Below are positions 17,958 through 24,000 of a stretch of 24,000 nucleotides of DNA, one piece after another. Under the pieces are notes generated by a model. It was not told where the DNA came from. It was given only the letters and a program-made list of their open reading frames with translations, and did no database searches. The translations under genes were made by a program, and so were the position numbers. Each line of letters opens with the position of its first letter. Positions within the stretch are counted from its first letter, which is position 1. Source of the DNA: an uncultured archaeon (GTDB lineage: Archaea; Asgardarchaeota; Lokiarchaeia; Sigyniarchaeales; SOKP01); assembly GCA_964525635.1 (NCBI GenBank), contig CAZGJX010000001.1:22546-46545 (forward strand). The letters are read 5' to 3'.

Positions 17958-19073
17958 TTAAGTCTCAGATAAAAATTTTTGATATACATCTACTAATCTC
18001 TTTCCAACTTTATCCCATGTATACTTTTTGGCAATTTCTTGCCCTTGTTTTATTAATTCTTTACGTAATTCCTCATCTTTAATAACTAATATAATTTTTT
18101 CTGCGAGTATTTTAGGATTTTTAGGGGGAATAAATATAGCCCTATCGTGTAATATTTCTCTATAGACTTTTAAATTTGAACATAATACTGCTGTACCACA
18201 TGCTAAAGATTCTAATGGTGTATTTCCAAAACCTTCAGAGCCATAAGAATAAGCAATTAATATATCCGCCATTGTATAATAAATAGGAACTAATTCATCA
18301 GAGATAAATCCTAAGAAGTGGATATCTAGGTTCTTTTCTCTCCAAGTATTATAAATATTCTCCATTTCAAAGTCAGGTTTTCCAGCAATTATTAAATTTA
18401 AATTGGAGATTGTTTTCTTAGCAATTTTATATGCTTTGATTATATGTTCTACTCCTTTATATTTAGCAATCCTTCCCAAGTATAAAATAATAGGTCCTTT
18501 AATTTTTAGTTGTTTTTTTAATTTTTCAGCATCTTTTGGATATGGTTTAAATTTATTATCAATTCCATTATATAAGATATGAATATTCTTACTATTGATA
18601 CTAGGAATAAACTTTTTAAGACCTTCTCTTGTATGGTTGGATACCGTTGTAATATAAGTTGCTTTTTTAATTATATATTTTATCAGAAATTTCTGAAGTG
18701 ATTGTGTCGCAAATTTTGTTTCAAATGGTCCTAAATCATGAATAGTGGAAATAAACCTTTTATAATTAGAAAAAAGAATTGGTATTGAACTTTTAGGTCC
18801 ATTTCCATGTATAATATCAAAAGAATTTCTATTTAAGTATTTATTTATATTATATATAAAATGGGGCATCCATAAGAAACGTTTCTTAACCAAGTTCATC
18901 TGTATTATATTTGGATCATTCAAAACATAATTCCATTTTCCAGTTAGTAATTTAACGTCATAACCTTCATTTTTAAGATAATTATATATCCCTTCGAAAC
19001 CAGTTCTTTCACAATCAGGAGCTATTTTAAGTGATATTAAACAAATTTTCATCTGATTCATTGAACGAGACAC
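17958..19073 (-). CDS. Glycosyltransferase family 4 (GT-B)
   Basis: 371 aa; HGNGPKSS, RLAKYKG-like ILYLGRIAKYKGVEHIIKAY, YSYGSEGFGNTPLESLACGTAVLCS. Confidence 0.9.
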   Translation of the reverse strand: MSRSMNQMKICLISLKIAPDCERTGFEGIYNYLKNEGYDVKLLTGKWNYVLNDPNIIQMNLVKKRFLWMPHFIYNINKYLNRNSFDIIHGNGPKSSIPILFSNYKRFISTIHDLGPFETKFATQSLQKFLIKYIIKKATYITTVSNHTREGLKKFIPSINSKNIHILYNGIDNKFKPYPKDAEKLKKQLKIKGPIILYLGRIAKYKGVEHIIKAYKIAKKTISNLNLIIAGKPDFEMENIYNTWREKNLDIHFLGFISDELVPIYYTMADILIAYSYGSEGFGNTPLESLACGTAVLCSNLKVYREILHDRAIFIPPKNPKILAEKIILVIKDEELRKELIKQGQEIAKKYTWDKVGKRLVDVYQKFLSET

Positions 19074-19097
19074 TTCCTATTAAAAGAATTCATAATA

Positions 19098-20078
19098 TTA
19101 TGTTAATTGTTCATATCCATCTTCTGTTATAAGAATAGTTTCTTCTGATTGTGCAACATAGGCTTCTTTTTGTTCAGAAAGAACATAATGGGTTCTTAAC
19201 TTTCCTTGTTGAATTAATTCCTGAAGTCCAAATACAACGCCCATTTGAAACTCATCAGCTAGCCATCTTTCTGCAAATGGAAGAGTCTTAAAATTTGAAT
19301 TAATATATCCTAAAATTCTTTTTGAACTTTTTCTTCTTAAAGGAACTCTACCTGTATAGGGATTTAATTCATAAATACTACAAGTATTAGTATTATGGAC
19401 TGATCCTACCCCTGTGGAAGCAAATATTTCAATTGCAAATATATCATCTATTTCTATTAGATCTCCTCCCTGATTACCCAATTCAGGTAGTGATTTTTTA
19501 CCATGAACGGTCCATCTTTCAATTTGATGTCCACCTAATTCTTTTATGGGATTAAAATTAAATCCTTTGACTATACTTTCAATCTTTTTTCCTATTTCTT
19601 GAGTATTAATTCCAGGTTTTACCATCATCTTGGCAGCTTCTAATGCAGTATCTGTAGCGATTATTATATTATCAAGTGATTTTTCTTCAGTAAATTTAAT
19701 AGAGAAAGCTGTGTCAACAATAAATCCTTCAATATGAACTCCTAAGTCTATCTTTACAAGATCTTTATTTTTAATTACTAATCCATCATCTTTCATAGGT
19801 GATGTGTAATGAGCAGCGATATTATTAATTCCTATATTAACTGGAAAAGCACATAAGCCGCCTAATTCCTTTATCTTCTCTTCAGTTTCTAAAACTATAT
19901 CTTGTGCTTTTCTACCAATTTTTATCTTTGGTTTTATATACTCCTTAACTTTTTTCGCAATTTCTCCCGCTTTCTTTAAAGATTCTATCCTTAATCTCTT
20001 TTCTTCTTCACTTTCTCTGGGTTTTTCTTCCTTATTTTTATTAATGGGGGTTTTTTTTATAGTTTGTTTGTCACTCAT
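19098..20078 (-). CDS. map: Methionine aminopeptidase, type 2 (archaeal/eukaryotic)
   Basis: 326 aa; CAFPVNIGINNIAAHYTSP, VKIDLGVHIEGFIVDTAFS, GGHQIERWTVHGKKSLP, IFAIEIFAS; basic N-terminal extension of about 30 aa. Confidence 0.93.
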   Translation of the reverse strand: MSDKQTIKKTPINKNKEEKPRESEEEKRLRIESLKKAGEIAKKVKEYIKPKIKIGRKAQDIVLETEEKIKELGGLCAFPVNIGINNIAAHYTSPMKDDGLVIKNKDLVKIDLGVHIEGFIVDTAFSIKFTEEKSLDNIIIATDTALEAAKMMVKPGINTQEIGKKIESIVKGFNFNPIKELGGHQIERWTVHGKKSLPELGNQGGDLIEIDDIFAIEIFASTGVGSVHNTNTCSIYELNPYTGRVPLRRKSSKRILGYINSNFKTLPFAERWLADEFQMGVVFGLQELIQQGKLRTHYVLSEQKEAYVAQSEETILITEDGYEQLT

Positions 20079-20239
20079 AACGATTCATAATGAAAAATGG
20101 ATAATAATATTTTTTAAATAATTATTAACAAATTTATATAATCTTTTTCATTATCTAAAAAAATAAATAAAATCAATATTAATATTAGTTTATAACTTAT
20201 TATAATAAAATTAAATTTTAATTATTGGTTGATCTATAA

Positions 20240-20611
20240 TTGAGTGAAAACATCAGTGAACTTACCGATTTGTTAAGAAACCTTGAAGCAGTTAATTCTG
20301 ATATTCAGGGTAGTGCTATCGTCTCAGTCCAAGGACTACCAATATGTTCTGCTCTATCTAGAGATGTGAACGATGGAATTGTTAGTGCGATGAGTGCTGC
20401 TATTCTTAGTGTTTCAGAACGAGCAGTTCAGGAACTCGCAAGAGGTATTTTACAGAGAATTTTAATTGAAGGAATAGATGGTATCATTATTCTTTCAAGA
20501 GCAGGAGAAAATGCAATATTATGTACATTAGCAAAACCAGATGCTAGTTTAGGTATGGTTTTTATACATATAACGAGTGTTTCAAAAAAAATAGCTACAT
20601 TATTAGATTAA
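20240..20611 (+). CDS. Roadblock/LC7 domain protein
   Basis: 123 aa; LTDLLRNLEAVNSDIQGSAIVSVQGLPICSALS...VSERAVQELARGILQRILIEGIDGIIILSRAGENAILCTLAKPDASLGMVF. Confidence 0.85.
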   Translation: MSENISELTDLLRNLEAVNSDIQGSAIVSVQGLPICSALSRDVNDGIVSAMSAAILSVSERAVQELARGILQRILIEGIDGIIILSRAGENAILCTLAKPDASLGMVFIHITSVSKKIATLLD

Positions 20612-20730
20612 ATAATATAAATTTGCTATATTCCTTTATTTAAATTTATTTGAAACGTCTTGAACTTAATTTCTTATAATAAATAAAGAATAAAATATAA
20701 TTAGAAATTTAAAAAAATAAAAATAAATTT

Positions 20731-22197
20731 TTACTCTCTTAGAGCTTGAATATTGTTAAAAATATTATCAAATCTATTTTTTATAGAACCTACTAATCCT
20801 TCTTCTTCTGAAATTACTGAATTTATAGCAGCTTTTAAACCATAATGTCCTTCTGATATTGATACTCTAATTGGTAAAGTCAAAAATTCATTGATTAGCA
20901 TAGCGATTTCTTGGAATAATTGTATTATTTTCGGAAAATTTTCTTGTGTTTTATTTATAATTGACTGTTCAGGTGATAATAATCCATTTTCTCTTTCTTG
21001 ATTCAATTCTTCCCAAATATTTTCTTTAAGGGTAGAAAAATTAATTCCTAAATCTTCTAAAGCAATTTGAGCTCCTTCAAAAAGAAAATTTATATCATCT
21101 CTACCAGAATAATTTTTGATATTTTCAACCATTTCATTTGGTGCTAATCCTTCTAAGAATTTAATTAATAGATTATGATAATCTTTTACTACATCTAAAG
21201 GCACAAATAATAATACCATCTCTTTAAGTTGTTTGAAAAAATATCCTGCCACTTTGGCGATTGTTTCATTTTTTAGTAATTTCTCAATAAACCTTCCATT
21301 TTCATTAAGTAAGTGTATAAGAAGAAATCCAATAATTCTTATCATATCTTCTTCATAATTTCTAAAATAGTCAAAAAAATGCTCTGGTTCCATATTTAAT
21401 TTATCTCTAATAATATCAGCAATTCTTTTTTTGATATTTTCTAATGGTTCATCAATTAGTTCTTCTAATTTATCGAGAGAAAAAGATTCTTGTAATTGAT
21501 CTAGAAGATCTACTTTATTTTTTTGAATTACTTCCTCTTCTATATCTGATTCAAGGATTACTTTAGATAATGTTTTATCTTTTAATTTTAATTGAGTCAT
21601 TTTTTTCCATTCATTATAATCATAGATTTTACATAACAACTGAAGGCAATTATCACCTTTTCCCATGCATTTTTGTTCTACAATTTTTATCCTATAATTA
21701 TTTTTTTTTACTTTTAAGATAAAATTTGCAACACCTTGAAGCATTCCACATAATCCACAAGCCATTCCTTCTGTTTTATTACCCAATTTCGATATATTAA
21801 ATGTATCTTCTGGTGATGTACCATAACTTGCACATATTGGACAGTGTTTAATCTTTAAAAGATAACTATTATAAATGGAATTTTCTTCTGAAATTTCTTC
21901 ATAATCTAGCTCTTCTAATTCTTTACCAAATACAACTACCCATAATAATTCAAAATAGTCTACAACTTTATCTGGACTTCCAGGCATGAATTTAAATATT
22001 GCAGAATGACGTTCACATGACTCCATTGCTGCTTGTTTCCCAACCTCCCTCATTACCAATAGACTTAATTCTTCATCTTTAGTAATTTCATTGATTTCTT
22101 TGAGAATTTCTCTATAAATTAATGAATAGAATAAAGAACTAGTATTCCGACCAAATGCTTTAGATATTTTTTTCATTAACCATTGAACGATTCCCAT
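20731..22197 (-). CDS. Hypothetical protein with a V4R-like cysteine-containing domain and helical C-terminal region
   Basis: 488 aa; HCPICASYG...TEGMACGLCGMLQGVANFILK...IVEQKCMGKGDNCLQLLCKI resembles V4R-type domains; remainder helical and unrecognised. Confidence 0.55.
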   Translation of the reverse strand: MGIVQWLMKKISKAFGRNTSSLFYSLIYREILKEINEITKDEELSLLVMREVGKQAAMESCERHSAIFKFMPGSPDKVVDYFELLWVVVFGKELEELDYEEISEENSIYNSYLLKIKHCPICASYGTSPEDTFNISKLGNKTEGMACGLCGMLQGVANFILKVKKNNYRIKIVEQKCMGKGDNCLQLLCKIYDYNEWKKMTQLKLKDKTLSKVILESDIEEEVIQKNKVDLLDQLQESFSLDKLEELIDEPLENIKKRIADIIRDKLNMEPEHFFDYFRNYEEDMIRIIGFLLIHLLNENGRFIEKLLKNETIAKVAGYFFKQLKEMVLLFVPLDVVKDYHNLLIKFLEGLAPNEMVENIKNYSGRDDINFLFEGAQIALEDLGINFSTLKENIWEELNQERENGLLSPEQSIINKTQENFPKIIQLFQEIAMLINEFLTLPIRVSISEGHYGLKAAINSVISEEEGLVGSIKNRFDNIFNNIQALRE

Positions 22198-22709
22198 TAC
22201 ATTCCACCTTCAATTTTATATTTAAATATTTGAACGCAATATTTATTTCCAAATGTTTTTGATTCTTGAATTTTTAATGGTTCAATTAATAGGATTGTTT
22301 TATTTTTTGAATTAATATTAATAATATTTATAAATTCAGATATTAATCCTAAGAGAATTTCACATCCAGCAATTTGAATATCATCATATTCATATTTACA
22401 TAATGCACAGTTGGTATCATTAACAATGATTAATTGTTCATTTTCATTCAATTCCACTGAAATCGAGCTTTTTAAAACTTTTTTATATATTGTAGCAATC
22501 ACATCCCTAATATTATTTAAATCAACTAGTTCAGTTGGACTCCAATATTTAATATAGGTTTTAGAAATATTCTTACCAATTCTTTGCATTCTCTCTTTTT
22601 TATCATCAATATTATTTTTTGCCATAAAACGAGCCAGATGATAAATTGCATTTCTTAATTGATTTATTGCAGCATCAGCATGTAATAATTCATTTCTTGA
22701 GTAATTCAT
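22197..22709 (-). CDS. Hypothetical helical protein, directly upstream of and overlapping the 488-aa gene
   Basis: 170 aa; stop and start overlap at 22197 suggests translational coupling. Confidence 0.55.
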   Translation of the reverse strand: MNYSRNELLHADAAINQLRNAIYHLARFMAKNNIDDKKERMQRIGKNISKTYIKYWSPTELVDLNNIRDVIATIYKKVLKSSISVELNENEQLIIVNDTNCALCKYEYDDIQIAGCEILLGLISEFINIININSKNKTILLIEPLKIQESKTFGNKYCVQIFKYKIEGGM

Positions 22710-22915
22710 TATTTTTACTAAATATGTTTAATGTTTATGATATTATGTGAAAAAATAGAAGATATTTAAAATTTTTAATTAGATTAAAAATATTATTTGT
22801 ATCTATTTCAAGATATTAATTTCTAAATTATTATTAAATAATAATTATTATCATATGATTTTATCTAATTAAATTAAAATTATCAAGAAAAATAGTATAT
22901 ATTATTATAATATAG

Positions 22916-23301
22916 TTACATTTGTTCTATAATTGCTCTCAACATATCTTCTCCACATGCTCCCACCATTTTTCCATTTTGTATATGATTTTGACCATTT
23001 ACTTCTATATTTTTTTCTATTAATTCCCCATCTTTGAAAAACAACAGGGTTGGGATTGCGTGTATATTAAACATATTACCCAATGGTCTATTTTGATCTA
23101 AATCAACTTGTATTATATTTATTAATCCTTCATCTCTTAGCTTATGTAAAATTGGTGTGATGAACTTTCATGATGATTTATCTAATTATTAAATCATTTG
23201 CATGGTCCGCACCAAACAGTATAAATATCTATGATAAGCTTTCCTTTTTTCATTTCCTCTGTAACTGGAATGTTCACATCTTTTAATTTATCGATATTCA
23301 T
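22916..23301 (-). CDS. Thioredoxin, gene interrupted by a 32-nt candidate BHB intron (predicted exons 23301-23199 and 23166-22916)
   Basis: Exon 1: MNIDKLKDVNIPVTEEMKKGKLIIDIYTVWCGPC(K); exon 2: (K)FITPILHKLRDEGLINIIQVDLDQNRPLGNMFNIHAIPTLLFFKDGELIEKNIEVNGQNHIQNGKMVGACGEDMLRAIIEQM*. Removing 32 nt gives a continuous 117-aa thioredoxin with CGPC and cis-Pro (AIPT) motifs. Confidence 0.88.
23167..23198 (-). other. Candidate archaeal protein-coding BHB intron (32 nt)
   Basis: Transcript strand GGAC-CAUG-[CAA]-AUGAUUUA-(AUAAUUAGA)-UAAAUCAU-CAUG-[AAA]-GUUC: 4-bp outer helix, 3-nt bulge, exactly 4-bp central helix, 3-nt bulge, 8-bp inner helix. Cleavage between bulge nt 2 and 3 excises 32 nt and restores frame. 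Confidence 0.8.
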
Positions 23302-23692
23302 TTGTTCTCATCTTATATTAAATATTTTATTTAAATATCTTTTTTAAGATTTTCTCTTATTAAGTTTTTAAGATATATTTACATTAAGTAAATTGTAATA
23401 TTTATTTTTTATATTTTAAATATAAATCAAAAAGATATTAATACAATAAAATTTATGTTAAATTCTAGCTAAATTGTTTAAATTGATTTAAGAATAAATC
23501 ATTTAATTTCTATCAATTAAATTGATATTTCTTAAAATATTTTAATTGGTGATTAAACAGTATATTTAAGTTAATATCTATATTCTATTTTTATTTCTTA
23601 AATAAGGAAATAATTAGAATAAAATTTAAATTCTATGAAGAGAAATTTAAAATAATCTATAGTAGTTAAATAAATTAATAATATATTTTGTT

Positions 23693-24000
23693 ATGTTAAC
23701 AATAGATTTTGATTTTCGAAACCAAATCATTCAGTCTGATATTGGAAAAACATTGGTATATTGTTACCAATGTGCTACTTGTTCTGGAGCCTGTCCAGTA
23801 GCACAAGTAACTAATGGACGCTATAATCCAAGAAGACTAATTTTAACATCATTATTAGGTTTAAAAGAAAAGATATTTGGTGCTGAAAATTCTTTTGAGA
23901 TTTGGGGGTGTACAGTGTGTGATACATGCGATGAACTATGTCCACAAAAAGTTGAACTTACAGAAATATTTACAATACTTAAGAATATCAGCGTAGAGCG
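23693..24000 (+). CDS. hdrC: Heterodisulfide reductase subunit C-like 4Fe-4S protein (partial, runs off window end)
   Basis: Hand translation from ATG 23693: MLTIDFDFRNQIIQSDIGKTLVYCYQCATCSGACPVAQVTNGRYNPRRLILTSLLGLKEKIFGAENSFEIWGCTVCDTCDELCPQKVELTEIF; two CxxCxxC...CP clusters as in HdrC. Confidence 0.88.
   Translation, partial: MLTIDFDFRNQIIQSDIGKTLVYCYQCATCSGACPVAQVTNGRYNPRRLILTSLLGLKEKIFGAENSFEIWGCTVCDTCDELCPQKVELTEIFTILKNISVE

Noticed and set aside
23169-23204. Insertion viewed as a 32-nt direct duplication or target-site event between the two CATG copies
   Set aside because: Collapsing between the two CATG repeats gives GGA CCA TGA AAG, with a stop in place of the catalytic Cys, so simple repeat-mediated insertion does not restore the gene. 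The BHB cleavage positions do.
23165-23301. Thioredoxin interruption interpreted as a simple pseudogene, sequencing frameshift, programmed frameshift or selenocysteine (TGA) site
   Set aside because: The extra sequence is 32 nt, not 1-2 nt, and contains several stops and frames that a slip or Sec insertion could not bridge. Both flanks are otherwise intact, with no other lesion, and the strict 3-4-3 BHB geometry falls exactly at the homology-defined junction. A pseudogene or assembly error remains the main alternative and needs read-level or RNA evidence.
23340-23690. AT-rich repeats between the thioredoxin and hdrC genes as a CRISPR or regulatory array
   Set aside because: Only low-complexity A/T sequence with no regularly spaced repeat unit; ordinary AT-rich intergenic DNA.

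Overview
AT-rich archaeal window, gene content consistent with an Asgard/Lokiarchaeia-like genome (placement is inference). It carries RlmE/FtsJ (partial), Trm1, a RadB-like ATPase, an RNase H-fold protein, DUF362, PHP, a UbiA-family (DPPR-synthase-like) prenyltransferase, an M48 peptidase with a long extension, a GPT/MraY-like GlcNAc-1-P transferase, DUF354, a complete IS607-type element (tnpA + tnpB with a structured 3' end), tRNA-Gln(UUG), a Trm112-like protein, Sec61-beta, MazG-like, GT4, MetAP2-like, Roadblock/LC7, a V4R-like protein and a partial HdrC. The most notable observation is absent from the ORF track. A thioredoxin gene on the minus strand (22916..23301) is interrupted immediately after its WCGPC active site by 32 nt. 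The interruption folds into a textbook hBHBh (bulge-helix-bulge) splicing-endonuclease substrate. Excision at the predicted bulge positions restores a continuous 117-aa thioredoxin (..WCGPCK-FITPIL..). I interpret this as a candidate archaeal pre-mRNA BHB intron. Second-tier observations are a structured omegaRNA-like region embedded in the tnpB 3' end, an atypical TnpB RuvC-III/zinc-finger region, and an overlapping gene pair with an RNase H-like fold divergent from radB.
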